DNA of 64,000 nucleotides from IMG/VR virus record IMGVR_UViG_3300025011_000035; one strand, written 5' to 3'. A model generated the notes under the pieces. That model was not told where the DNA came from. It searched no databases and was given only the letters and a program-made list of their open reading frames with translations. The position numbers and the translations under genes are program-made. The DNA comes from an uncultured virus (IMG/VR IMGVR_UViG_3300025011_000035) (taxonomy: Duplodnaviria > Heunggongvirae > Uroviricota > Caudoviricetes). Positions 29,572-39,049 of this stretch are shown here, piece by piece (within the stretch, counting starts at the first letter, position 1; each line of letters opens with the position of its first letter).

Positions 29572-30408
29572 TTAAATTAATTTATTTCTTAATTCTACTG
29601 TTTCTTTATCCAAACTTCCTGCCAAACGAACAATAAAATTAAGTTCATGTTTTTCTTCGTTTTTATATTTCCAAAATAAATCATAAATCTTTTGTTGTTC
29701 GTTATTCATTTCTTTATATGCTCCTGCATCATATATTTTGCAAAGTGCCCAAAATACAGCAGATTCATCACCACAATCATAATTTTTCATTGAAAGTGAA
29801 TAATGCAATATCTCATGTCTAATAGTTGATTGGATTTCTTCAATGTTTCTATTGTAACAATGATAGATATCTACAACATTCTGATTTCCTTGTTGTAAAA
29901 ATTGTCCTCCCAATTGATCTTCTTTTAAAATATCTTTAAAATTAATCGCAAACATATGAAATCTTATTGGCAATATTGAACTATTTAGATTTATAAAACA
30001 ATCCTTGCATATTTTTTTGAAGAATTCATTCGCATATTCATTTAATTCCTTTATTTTTTCATAATATTCTAAATCTTCTTTTGCTTCTTGTCCTATCAAA
30101 TTATCATCAAAATATTTTAATTCCCTATACATTGCTTTTTGAGTTGTAATATTTGTACCATTATTGATATTATTTTTGCTACCTTTGAATCTATAATGAT
30201 GCTCAGAGCCATCGTATGAATCTATGACTAATAAATCAACTTTCTCTCTTGAATTATGTATACATTTTTGACATATACCATCACAATATTCTTCTTCTAT
30301 TTTTGGATTTTTACAAACATTAACTACTTTATCTCTAACTATTTTAAAATCTTCCTCATGTCTTGAAATAAATTCTAAATTTTTGATGAATGTCTCTTTA
30401 ATATTCAT
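29572..30408 (-). CDS. Zn-metallopeptidase-like protein (HExxH)
   Basis: TIRHEILHY motif; N-terminal Cys cluster. Confidence 0.6.
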   Translation of the reverse strand: MNIKETFIKNLEFISRHEEDFKIVRDKVVNVCKNPKIEEEYCDGICQKCIHNSREKVDLLVIDSYDGSEHHYRFKGSKNNINNGTNITTQKAMYRELKYFDDNLIGQEAKEDLEYYEKIKELNEYANEFFKKICKDCFINLNSSILPIRFHMFAINFKDILKEDQLGGQFLQQGNQNVVDIYHCYNRNIEEIQSTIRHEILHYSLSMKNYDCGDESAVFWALCKIYDAGAYKEMNNEQQKIYDLFWKYKNEEKHELNFIVRLAGSLDKETVELRNKLI

Positions 30409-30429
30409 TTGTTTCTGCTCCTTTTAATT

Positions 30430-30888
30430 TTATTTTGTAAATGCAAATAATATTTTCTTTGCTTCTTTCTCATTATAAGAATTATCTATGTAACTATTGT
30501 ATTTAATAATACCTATTTCACCAATTACTTTATATTTTGCAATTTCATCTGGATTTGATGGTCTATGAAATTTAAATCCACTGAAATCAAAATAAGTCAA
30601 ATAATTTGTTGTTGGAATTGGAGTTTTCCCAATGAAATAATTTATATTTTGTCTATGTAATCCCAAAACAGTCAGTTTATTTTCTGAAATTAATTTATTG
30701 ATTACTTTATCTTTTAGATCATATAGTTTTCTGACCTGAATTGATATATTATTTAATGCTCCATGCTTTCCTTTGTGATAATTTACATCCCTTGTGTCTC
30801 TAAGTTTTTTAGCTATTCTGTTGATAGAACGCAACGCTTTTACTATTTCACCATCTGACATATCATTGGACACTGTTAGCGCATTCAT
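30430..30888 (-). CDS. YkyB-like protein
   Basis: ALRSINRIAK...LYDLKDKVINKLISE...GLH...GFKFHRP. Confidence 0.65.
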   Translation of the reverse strand: MNALTVSNDMSDGEIVKALRSINRIAKKLRDTRDVNYHKGKHGALNNISIQVRKLYDLKDKVINKLISENKLTVLGLHRQNINYFIGKTPIPTTNYLTYFDFSGFKFHRPSNPDEIAKYKVIGEIGIIKYNSYIDNSYNEKEAKKILFAFTK

Positions 30889-30973
30889 GACAATTACCTT
30901 CTTTCGTTTTTATTTTAGTGTGTAGTATAGGACAAGGGATTTAATTTCCCTTGTCCTAATTGAAAATATTTAC

Positions 30974-31303
30974 TTAGCATCCAAAAGGAGTTTTAATATA
31001 TGCTTCTACTTCTGGATTCTTTTGACAAATTGCAACTACTAGTTCAAAAAAATCCTTTTCCCTAATATATTTATTCTTCAATTTTTTAGCAATCTTATCT
31101 TCTTTAGTTCTTCCTTTTGGATCGTGACAAGATTCCAAGGTTGCATGAAAATGACCATATGTGATACCTTGGATTCTTTGTTCACTGTCTATGATCTTTC
31201 TGATTTGCTCCTTATTGTCAATTGCCCCTAATTCATCAAAATAACTGATTAAGAATTTAATATCTTCTACTGTGAAATTAGATAGAATTTTTAATACTTG
31301 CAT
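30974..31303 (-). CDS. Hypothetical protein
   Basis: ORF with SD GAAGGA; hairpin AGGACAAGGGA/TCCCTTGTCCT downstream. Confidence 0.6.
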   Translation of the reverse strand: MQVLKILSNFTVEDIKFLISYFDELGAIDNKEQIRKIIDSEQRIQGITYGHFHATLESCHDPKGRTKEDKIAKKLKNKYIREKDFFELVVAICQKNPEVEAYIKTPFGC

Positions 31304-31353
31304 TTATTTATCCTTCTTTCGATTAATTTTATTTTAGTTTTTGTTTTGTGATT

Positions 31354-31725
31354 TTAGTAATTAATTGTTTGCATAATTTTAATAAAAGCGTCTTCTACAT
31401 CTAATTCAGGCATCATTGCAATATTTCTAAAAGTTTTAGATTTTATTTCTTTTGTATAAAAAGTTTCGTCACTGTCTACTAATAAATCTAATAAAACCCA
31501 ATCCTTCAAATAATCGCCAACAATTGCATCTTTAATTTGTTTTTTTACAATATCACATTCTATCAATTTTGCAATCGTGAGCAATATTAAAATGACCTCT
31601 GAATCTTCAGCTTTTAACATTCCATAATTATTGTGGAAACCGTATTTTGAATAATCCTTCTTAACTACTGATTCTGCTACTGCTTTTCTTTGCTCATATT
31701 TTCTCATATCAAATTTATCAAACAT
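31354..31725 (-). CDS. Hypothetical protein
   Basis: ORF with SD GAAGGA. Confidence 0.6.
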   Translation of the reverse strand: MFDKFDMRKYEQRKAVAESVVKKDYSKYGFHNNYGMLKAEDSEVILILLTIAKLIECDIVKKQIKDAIVGDYLKDWVLLDLLVDSDETFYTKEIKSKTFRNIAMMPELDVEDAFIKIMQTINY

Positions 31726-31757
31726 TTATATTTTCCTTCTTTCAAAAAATTTATTTT

Positions 31758-32096
31758 CTATTTAACCATTCCAATTTTAATAATAGATTCTTGACCATTT
31801 TTTATTGGTATGATTATGTTCTTCCACATATCTAGAGGAAACAATTGAAGAAAAGTAGAAGATTCTTTTTTATTTTTGTTTACATTAAAGAAATTAATCC
31901 AAAATCTTTTTGATTTTTCAAGAATATTTCTTCCAGAAATCTTTTCTACTTCTGACTTTTCAAAACTCCAACACTCAATATCTTTTTTATTCAAGTTTTT
32001 AAAGTAGATATTTATTAGTTGATTGGTCTTGTCTTCAATAACCTCAGTATTGTTTAAAATCTTTCCGATATATTCAAATTTAACTTCGTTTGTCAT
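31758..32096 (-). CDS. Hypothetical protein
   Basis: ORF with SD GAGGAG; first gene after tandem promoters. Confidence 0.6.
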   Translation of the reverse strand: MTNEVKFEYIGKILNNTEVIEDKTNQLINIYFKNLNKKDIECWSFEKSEVEKISGRNILEKSKRFWINFFNVNKNKKESSTFLQLFPLDMWKNIIIPIKNGQESIIKIGMVK

Positions 32097-32187
32097 AATA
32101 TAATCTCCTCATCTTTCATTTGATTTATTTATTTTTGCATTTGTAGGCCCAACTAAAAACTTCCAATCGCATCACCCCTCTCACTAA

Positions 32188-32286
32188 GTATAACATATAA
32201 AAATAATAAAGTAAAGTAAATTACATAAAAAATAATATAGGAAAACCTCTCCCCATTAGTATACTACTTTACGATTATCATGTCAA
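32188..32286 (-). promoter_or_regulatory. Tandem sigma-A promoters for the early operon leading to the yonO-like gene
   Basis: TTGACA (32286-32281)-17-TATACT (32263-32258), and a downstream TTTACT-17-TATACT with extended TG. Confidence 0.7.
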
Positions 32287-32333
32287 CATTTATTTTAATA
32301 TTTATTTTCAAATATATAAAATTAAAAATAGTT

Positions 32334-32377
32334 GAATTGATAGAGAAGAATCATAATTGGTTCTTCTCTATCAATTC
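32334..32377 (-). terminator. Intrinsic terminator-like hairpin
   Basis: GAATTGATAGAGAAGAA / TTCTTCTCTATCAATTC perfect arms. Confidence 0.7.
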
Positions 32378-32382
32378 CCATT

Positions 32383-32622
32383 TTATGACAATGATTTAGT
32401 TAACTCATTTTTGAATTGATATTCTTGTAGAATAAATTCAGGATAATCTTCCTCAAATACTGGATAACCCTCTGGATTCTCTTGATAATAATTTGGATTT
32501 AATCTGAGGTTTTCAGCTTCTTCATTATAAAATTCATCGTACTGCCAATTAATATAAGCTTCATAATAATTTCCATTTCTATCATAGATAGGAAACTGAT
32601 ATACTTTTGCTAATTTTTTCAT
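32383..32622 (-). CDS. Acidic hypothetical protein
   Basis: ORF abutting the upstream gene; E/Y/N rich. Confidence 0.55.
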   Translation of the reverse strand: MKKLAKVYQFPIYDRNGNYYEAYINWQYDEFYNEEAENLRLNPNYYQENPEGYPVFEEDYPEFILQEYQFKNELTKSLS

Positions 32623-33249
32623 TTATGCCACCAACTTTTCAACAATAATCATGTTGTCAGTTGATATATCATCTTTAATCAATTCATCCATATTCACATA
32701 TTCCATAGTAAAAGATTCACTTAGTCCAATTTTTTTGATTTTTGAATATAATTTACTCATAGCCTTTTTTGCACTATCTTGATCAACATATCCACGACAT
32801 TCTTGAGAAAAATCTTTATAGGTAATATATAATGCAGTCTTTTTATCCCACATTTTTACACTGTTTGCATGAGCAAAATTACCATCTTGATTTTTAATAA
32901 CCCAAATCCACCTTTGATTATCATCAAAATCAATTTCTTCATGGACAAATGGGCAAGTCTTAATAATACCAATTTTACTTTCAACTAAAGATATTTCCTT
33001 CATATCAATCTCTTGAATATGGAAAGTTTTTGGCAGTTTGAACCTTGAGTTGGCTGAATTCAGTTTGTCTAGTTGGACTTGAGCGTCACTAAAATCTGAA
33101 TATGAATAAAATCCATTAACCAAAGTTTTTGAGTAGGAATAGATAACTTTTTTTGTTTCAGGATAATATCCAATTGAATTTACACCAATATAATTATCAT
33201 CTTGATCCTTTAATACAAATACAAATACATTTTCATTTGTTTTAGTCAT
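32623..33249 (-). CDS. Hypothetical protein built from two internal repeats
   Basis: VFVLKDQDDNYIGVNS...AQVQLDKL...FHIQEIDM versus IWVIKNQDGNFAHANS...AKKAMSKL...FTMEYVNM. Confidence 0.65.
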   Translation of the reverse strand: MTKTNENVFVFVLKDQDDNYIGVNSIGYYPETKKVIYSYSKTLVNGFYSYSDFSDAQVQLDKLNSANSRFKLPKTFHIQEIDMKEISLVESKIGIIKTCPFVHEEIDFDDNQRWIWVIKNQDGNFAHANSVKMWDKKTALYITYKDFSQECRGYVDQDSAKKAMSKLYSKIKKIGLSESFTMEYVNMDELIKDDISTDNMIIVEKLVA

Positions 33250-33316
33250 GTCAATATACCCTCTTTCTTTGCTTTGTTAATTTTTTAGGTTTTTGGCAAA
33301 AAAGACAATAGGATGC

Positions 33317-33490
33317 TTGACATGGTATATTTGCTATGTTACAATCAACTTACAGAGGTTGATTAAAGCAAATTCCCACATCTTGAACAGCTTACCTGAA
33401 TCGCCAAATTCAGTGAGGCCGTAAATAAAATTGAATAACCAACAAACACAAAGACGGTTCGCCAAAACTGTCTTATTTGTGTTTTAGTCG
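33317..33490 (+). ncRNA. Candidate antisense RNA with two TCGCCAAA-loop hairpins (promoter included)
   Basis: TTGACA (33317)-17-TACAAT (33340) with extended TG; hairpin loops at 33401-33408 and 33459-33466; faces a minus-strand promoter. Confidence 0.65.
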
Positions 33491-33535
33491 GTAAATTAAA
33501 CCCTCCTCTCAAAATCTGTTTTTATACCTATATAC

Positions 33536-33625
33536 ATTGTAATTCTTTCCAACCTAAAAGTCAATAACTTTTTAATAACTTTCCAATAAAAAACATTTGA
33601 CTTTTAATTTTTATTTGCATATAAT
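33536..33625. promoter_or_regulatory. Back-to-back divergent sigma-A promoters
   Basis: Minus: TTGACT (33564-33559)-17-TACAAT (33541-33536). Plus: TTGACT (33597)-17-TATAAT (33620). AAAAGTCAA/TTGACTTTT inverted repeat. Confidence 0.75.
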
Positions 33626-33658
33626 AATCTCATAAATATTTTTTGGGGAGGAAAAGCA

Positions 33659-33820
33659 ATGGCCCTAAGAAAAGGTAAAACAGGGATAACTGTAATTTTG
33701 AAAAATGACACAATAAAAAAATTAGAAAGTATTGCTCTATCAGAATTAATGAGTCGAAGTGCAATTGTAGCAAAAATTATTGAAGAGAATATTCATAAAT
33801 ACATAGTTTGCACAAAATGA
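33659..33820 (+). CDS. Ribbon-helix-helix (CopG-like) regulator, 53 aa; not in ORF track
   Basis: Own translation MALRKGKTGITVILKNDTIKKLESIALSELMSRSAIVAKIIEENIHKYIVCTK; SD GGGGAGG; terminator hairpin at about 33820-33857. Confidence 0.8.
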   Translation: MALRKGKTGITVILKNDTIKKLESIALSELMSRSAIVAKIIEENIHKYIVCTK

Positions 33821-33952
33821 AAAACACCTTTCCAAAATAGGAGGGTGTTTTTTTTTTATTTTCTTTTATTTACAATATATGGCAAACATATGAACATACA
33901 TTCCCCTCATATTATCAAATATGGAACTAAAGACGAATGAAGGGTTAGGTGA

Positions 33953-35293
33953 ATGGTTATGACTTCAAAATCAACTAATGCAGATATTATTGGATTTACA
34001 TCACATTTTATTGTCATGACAGGAAGATTTTTAATCAGAAATCTATGGTCTAACAAAATTAGAGATGATGCAAAAAGAATCATGCTTATATGGAAAAGAA
34101 CAAATATGTGTGTGGAAACTTTGGAACGAGGAAAGGAGCATACAACCAAGGAATATCCAAAACTAACATGTAAAATTAAGCAAGGCCACAATATGTTATA
34201 TAAGTACAGGATTCCAACAGGATTAAGTTTTGAAAAACTTAGTCAAAGTGTTCGGGTTATTGAATTTGATTTGAAGTCTGAAATATTGGTAAAAATTTTA
34301 GAAAATGAGAAAAAAGCACATTTTAGTTTAAAAGTGCTTAGTGGAAAATTATTGGATCTAATTAAGTACAGCAATGAAGCAGAAATTGCTCCTGAAGGTA
34401 AAAATCTAAAGAAAGGACTCTGGATTCCTATTGGATGGTCAAGGCGTGGACTTGAGCAATTAGATTTAGCTTCATCTAATTCGCCTCATTTGATGATCGG
34501 AGGAAGTACAGGTTCCGGCAAGAGCATTCTTGGTCGATTAATTATGGTTTGTCTTCATTTGAGATATTCAAGAGATGAATGCAGATTGTGGCTGTGCGAC
34601 CTCAAACATGGCAATGGTACTTCAATGATTGGTGAAAATCCTTTACTTGTCGATAGAACTATATCAAAACCAGAAGATATTTTTAATTTATTATCTGATG
34701 CTTCAATTGAAATAGGTAAAAGGTATACTTTGTTCCGAAAATATAAATGTGATGATTTAGAAGCTTTTAATGAAACTTTTCCTGATAAAAGACTTCCAAG
34801 AATTGTAATTTATATAGATGAAATGTCTAAAATTGAGGGAAAAGAGTTTAGGGAAACTAGAGAACTTATGACAAAAGTTACAGGTGAATCTAGAGGGGCT
34901 GGAATACATTTTATAATTTCACTTTTTCGTCCAATTGCTTCAACTGTTTCAGGTACTATGAAGAACAATTTTAGTGCTGTGGTTGCTTTTAGGTGTAATC
35001 CTACTAGTGCTAGAGTATTACTTGGCGAAGACAAAGAGGACTATGAAAGTGCTATGTCCATCGATAAAGATGTAGAGGGTAGAGCATTATTCAAATTCAA
35101 AGATGAAGTCTTGATACAAGTTCCTTTCATCGACAATAAGATGGTCAAGGATATCATGAAGGACTATCAGAAAGCACCAGACCCCACCTATACCCCCATA
35201 GGCAATGAGATAGTTAAGGAAGATGTACACATAGTCCTTTCAACCAAAAAATCAAATACACTTTATATAGTGGGTAAAAATGAAGAAAAGTAG
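33953..35293 (+). CDS. FtsK/SpoIIIE-domain ATPase
   Basis: SPHLMIGGSTGSGKS Walker A, LCDLK, IVIYIDE Walker B, RGAGIH, GRALF. Confidence 0.9.
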   Translation: MVMTSKSTNADIIGFTSHFIVMTGRFLIRNLWSNKIRDDAKRIMLIWKRTNMCVETLERGKEHTTKEYPKLTCKIKQGHNMLYKYRIPTGLSFEKLSQSVRVIEFDLKSEILVKILENEKKAHFSLKVLSGKLLDLIKYSNEAEIAPEGKNLKKGLWIPIGWSRRGLEQLDLASSNSPHLMIGGSTGSGKSILGRLIMVCLHLRYSRDECRLWLCDLKHGNGTSMIGENPLLVDRTISKPEDIFNLLSDASIEIGKRYTLFRKYKCDDLEAFNETFPDKRLPRIVIYIDEMSKIEGKEFRETRELMTKVTGESRGAGIHFIISLFRPIASTVSGTMKNNFSAVVAFRCNPTSARVLLGEDKEDYESAMSIDKDVEGRALFKFKDEVLIQVPFIDNKMVKDIMKDYQKAPDPTYTPIGNEIVKEDVHIVLSTKKSNTLYIVGKNEEK

Positions 35294-35405
35294 GGTAGGT
35301 TGCGGAAGATAAAACAGGATAAAACCCTATGAAATAGGCATGGGACAATCAATGGTATGAGTCAAAGGAATGGTTAATTAAATGGTTGATTGAATGGAGT
35401 GATCA

Positions 35406-36047
35406 TTGAATATGAATATGGTACAATATGGAATGGCTAGAGATGAAAAGATTGTGAGACTAGTTTCCCAAGGAAAGGCATTCAACAGAAATCAGATTGA
35501 AAAACTTTTCTTTAATCAAAAAGATTCTACTAGAAAATGTCAATTGAGATTAAAGAAAATAACTGAATCAGGAAAATTAAACAAAATTATTAGAAGCCCT
35601 CATGAACCTGCGATATACTATTATGGTAAAAAACCTTTAAATATTGATCATGTTTTGCTTGTGAATGAAGTCTATACTTCTATTATGTCCCAAAAAAAGA
35701 GTTTTTATAAAATTAATTTTTATTGGGAATATCCTATCATGGATAAACTTAGAGCTGATGCTATGATAGATATTTATGATTTAATGTCAAAACGTAGGCA
35801 TGTAATTTTTCTAGAGGTAGAGAGATATGCAGATCATCGATTTGTGAAGAACAAAAATTATGAAACTGTAGCCCAAATGGGATGGAGTAATGAAGAATGG
35901 GCAATTAAAGAAAAGGACAGGATATTATTCCCTGCAATCTTAATTGTTACTGAAACAAAAATTACAATTAAAAGTGAACTAGATTTCTTTGTTGTTCCTA
36001 TTAGTTCAATTAAAAGTGATATTTATTCAATTATTATGAGGAGATGA
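35406..36047 (+). CDS. Replication-relaxation family-like protein
   Basis: wHTH N-terminus (RDEKI...QIEKLFF...CQLRLKKI), IDHVLLVNEVY, LRADA, FLEVE; follows FtsK as in Bacillus phages. Confidence 0.7.
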   Translation: MNMNMVQYGMARDEKIVRLVSQGKAFNRNQIEKLFFNQKDSTRKCQLRLKKITESGKLNKIIRSPHEPAIYYYGKKPLNIDHVLLVNEVYTSIMSQKKSFYKINFYWEYPIMDKLRADAMIDIYDLMSKRRHVIFLEVERYADHRFVKNKNYETVAQMGWSNEEWAIKEKDRILFPAILIVTETKITIKSELDFFVVPISSIKSDIYSIIMRR

Positions 36048-36271
36048 TAATATTGAGTAAGTTAAGTAAAGTTACAACCAAAGTTACTTATAGTTTACTA
36101 AATATGGCAATGAAACCTTTGTATGAGCAAATGAAAAAGGAGAGGAAGGAAGAGGTTAGAAGATGGAATAAGTCGTTGAATATTGCTTCACAGGATGCAA
36201 ATGCGGAAAGGAGGACATTTTCTGTAGTTCAAATGGAGGATTCTATAATACATTTAAAAGGATTATGGTAA
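36044..36271 (+). CDS. Hypothetical protein
   Basis: ORF coupled to the upstream gene; GGTGGTGG/CCACCACC hairpin downstream. Confidence 0.5.
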   Translation: MIILSKLSKVTTKVTYSLLNMAMKPLYEQMKKERKEEVRRWNKSLNIASQDANAERRTFSVVQMEDSIIHLKGLW

Positions 36272-36382
36272 ATATTTTTGGTGGTGGTAACTTCTGCCAC
36301 CACCACATTTGCATATTTCAACACAATTATGGTATAATAAGGACAAGTCAACAACATCTCAACATAGGAAGAAGGTCAATGA

Positions 36383-36862
36383 ATGAAATTAACTTGGAAA
36401 GAAGTTGTTACAAAATCAAATGTAAATGTTCCTGCTACAGCAACTTTCTATAGAGATAAATTTATTGACTTTTTTAACTATAAGCATGAAGGTAGAAATA
36501 GACGTTATGATGAAAGTTGTGTAGAAATTTTAAACCATATCTACAAAATGTATTCTGAAGGTAAAATTTATGAACATATATTAGAATCATTAGAAGATAA
36601 GTATGGAGTTCAAATTTCTAACATAGTTACTCAAGAGGATAATACCAATCCTACAACAATTCAATATGATCCATCAGAAGATATTAAGGAGTTATTAGAA
36701 GAGGTATCTAGTCTGAAAAATATGGTTAAAAAATTGACTATTGAAGCAGAAAATCGTGATGAAATACTTATGAAGAACATCAGAATGATACAGAGTCAAC
36801 AACAACTTAATAATCGACCATGGTGGGCGAAAATATTTAAGAAAAAGGAGAATGAACTATGA
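36383..36862 (+). CDS. MerR-like HTH plus coiled-coil protein (pSK1 Par / DUF3967-like)
   Basis: HTH with GRNRRYDE wing, coiled coil, C-terminal amphipathic PWWAKIF. Confidence 0.6.
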   Translation: MKLTWKEVVTKSNVNVPATATFYRDKFIDFFNYKHEGRNRRYDESCVEILNHIYKMYSEGKIYEHILESLEDKYGVQISNIVTQEDNTNPTTIQYDPSEDIKELLEEVSSLKNMVKKLTIEAENRDEILMKNIRMIQSQQQLNNRPWWAKIFKKKENEL

Positions 36863-37044
36863 TTATTAATGAAGATGATATTACTATTAAGAGGATTTAT
36901 TCAACTCATTGTCAAGTTTGTGGTAAGGCCCATGAGAATATTCAACTAGTATATTATGTTAGGGATGATAATAATTTAGTATGCAAGAGATGTGCTGATG
37001 AATCTGGATTACACATTGAAACAAGAATATTTTTCAATGGATAG
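36859..37044 (+). CDS. Small Zn-finger protein
   Basis: CQVC...CKRC. Confidence 0.6.
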   Translation: MIINEDDITIKRIYSTHCQVCGKAHENIQLVYYVRDDNNLVCKRCADESGLHIETRIFFNG

Positions 37045-37047
37045 TTA

Positions 37048-37102
37048 AAAAATATATAAGCCCTACAGATTTTAAATTAATCTGTAGGGCTTATATATTT
37101 TT
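37048..37102. terminator. Bidirectional terminator with 24-bp perfect arms
   Basis: AAAAATATATAAGCCCTACAGATT-N7-AATCTGTAGGGCTTATATATTTTT. Confidence 0.8.
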
Positions 37103-37141
37103 GTGTCGATATATCGTATAATGTATGAAGAATTACATAGT

Positions 37142-37248
37142 AAAAACCCTTGTAAGTGTTTGTCGGCAAAACTACCACTTACAAGGGCCACCCCTAGAAG
37201 AGAGAATTTACTTGATTTCATTTTATCAAAAAATTATCTCTCTGTCTA
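37142..37248 (-). ncRNA. Candidate countertranscript RNA (~70 nt; promoter included) upstream of a rep-like gene
   Basis: Minus TAGACA (37248-37243)-17-TAAAAT (37225-37220) with TG; hairpin CCCTTGTAAGTG...CACTTACAAGGG followed by TTTTT; loop contains TTTGCCGA. Confidence 0.55.
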
Positions 37249-37289
37249 GTGTTTTTTGCTATGCAAACATTGGAAAGAGGGTTTTTATT

Positions 37290-37832
37290 ATGCAAAAAAT
37301 TCAACAGCAAGTCTTCGATTTTCTAAAAGATATGGGTCGTGGTACAATATTGGCTGTAGCAAGCGATTTAATGCCCTTCTCGAACGACTCATTTGATAAT
37401 GCAAGGTTTATGTCTCAGCTTCTATTTTTAGCAGAAGGTAGAGAAGATGAGTTCATACCAATTACATTTAATGATTGGAAAGATGCAAAATTATCACGCT
37501 ATGCTGTAGAAAAAGCTCGTCACTTCTTCTATAGTATGGGCGTACTAGAATATAAGGTTAAAAAATTTAACGGAAATCCTACGGCCCATTATAAAATTGA
37601 TTTCAAATTATTCATGGAAAAATTAAAATCATTCTTTAAAAAGGTTGGAACAGTGATTTTCTCTAGTTATGCTGAAAGTCTCAAAAGGAAAAGAGAACAA
37701 GAACAGACAGAAATGAGGACAACACCTAAACCTCTATTAAACAAAGTATTAGAGAGTAAAAATATAGGACAAGTTGCAAAAAGGGAATCAAGACAGGAGA
37801 GAAAGGACAAATACGAAAAGTTTTACTTGTGA
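37290..37832 (+). CDS. Replication-initiator-like wHTH protein (ORF track start 37125; ATG 37290 preferred)
   Basis: SD AGAGGG before MQKIQQ; KVKKFNGNPTAHYKID wing resembles phage replisome-organiser N-termini. Confidence 0.55.
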   Translation: MQKIQQQVFDFLKDMGRGTILAVASDLMPFSNDSFDNARFMSQLLFLAEGREDEFIPITFNDWKDAKLSRYAVEKARHFFYSMGVLEYKVKKFNGNPTAHYKIDFKLFMEKLKSFFKKVGTVIFSSYAESLKRKREQEQTEMRTTPKPLLNKVLESKNIGQVAKRESRQERKDKYEKFYL

Positions 37833-37918
37833 TATTTACCAATCTCAATTAATTAAATAGTTCACATTAAAAATTTGAGTTACTGAAAAGTGATACTCTA
37901 GCTTTGCTTATAATAATT

Positions 37919-39043
37919 CTAAAAAATTGATCTAAGTTTAATATGAACTGAAATACTATTTTCCGGAATATTTCTATCCGTAGCAAACAAATCAATGTAG
38001 TAGGTGTAAGAATTACATTTTATTGTAGATTGCGTATCTGATAGAACCGCAAAGGTATAGGCGGTTGGTGCAGTAGTCCCTGGAACCACAGACCAATCAA
38101 ACAGACCTGCAATTTCCACCCCATTATTAAATTTATGAGCAGTATATTTATTGGTCTGTCCTGACTTCACCTCAGTTATCGGTGGATAACTTGCAGTTAA
38201 CGTATAAGTGAAATTATCTAATACAGGCACTTCATCAACAGTCAGAGAAATAGAATCGTTAATAGATGCATCGTGTTCTAAAGCTACTGAAATGATACAA
38301 CTCCCAACGTTCACTGGAATTACATATCCAAGGGCATCAATTGTGGCTATGGTTTCATCACTTGAATAATAGACCATAGGTAATGGCTCAGTAAGTTGAA
38401 CGTCATGATTTTTTTGAATCACATTAATTTGAATTGGAGTTTCCGTATTAGTTGTCAAACTCACACCGTTCAATATTTCTATAGAATATAATGGAAATAT
38501 TTGTTCTTCAACAGTAAATTCCAATTTAATAGAAAGTAGTCCTGGCTTACTAATATCATCAATATTTGTCACTGAATAATTCAGATTTCCTATACGATAT
38601 ATGTCATTTATTTTTATATTGCTATTAATAATATCATTAGCAACCAATATATAGATTTGATTATCTAATGTTGAAATATAAGTAGAAGAATCAATATTTA
38701 AAGTGACCTTATCCGTCACAATGCAAGGAATATCATACAAAATTTGACTAACATTAGTTATGATATGATTATTACATTTTCTTATTCTGGCCTTATATAC
38801 ACTTACATCTTTATCATTATTGTTAATCTGAATTTCGCTTATAACTAACCAAGTATGTGATTGATATTGGATTACACTACCTGTTTCAAAAGAAATAGTA
38901 GATGTTAAAAAAATATCATTGTAATAGAGTATTTTTTTAGTAACTTCTGCAAATAGACCTCTTTGTAAAATACCGTTTAGTAAAAAATCTTCTCCTTTTT
39001 CGTATAAAAGAAAATCTATCATATTATTAACTAGTAATTTCAA
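37919..39043 (-). CDS. Putative virion protein with Ig-like domains
   Basis: YYSSDETIATIDALGYVIPVNVGSCII Big_2-like motif; beta-rich N-terminus. Confidence 0.65.
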   Translation of the reverse strand: MKLLVNNMIDFLLYEKGEDFLLNGILQRGLFAEVTKKILYYNDIFLTSTISFETGSVIQYQSHTWLVISEIQINNNDKDVSVYKARIRKCNNHIITNVSQILYDIPCIVTDKVTLNIDSSTYISTLDNQIYILVANDIINSNIKINDIYRIGNLNYSVTNIDDISKPGLLSIKLEFTVEEQIFPLYSIEILNGVSLTTNTETPIQINVIQKNHDVQLTEPLPMVYYSSDETIATIDALGYVIPVNVGSCIISVALEHDASINDSISLTVDEVPVLDNFTYTLTASYPPITEVKSGQTNKYTAHKFNNGVEIAGLFDWSVVPGTTAPTAYTFAVLSDTQSTIKCNSYTYYIDLFATDRNIPENSISVHIKLRSIF

Positions 39044-39049
39044 TTTAGA

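Noticed and set aside
37114..37135. A sixth S-type site (TCGTATAATG matches 10 bp of S4)
   Set aside because: The other half has no inverted end and it is not near an RBP; more simply a -10 box for the rep-like gene.
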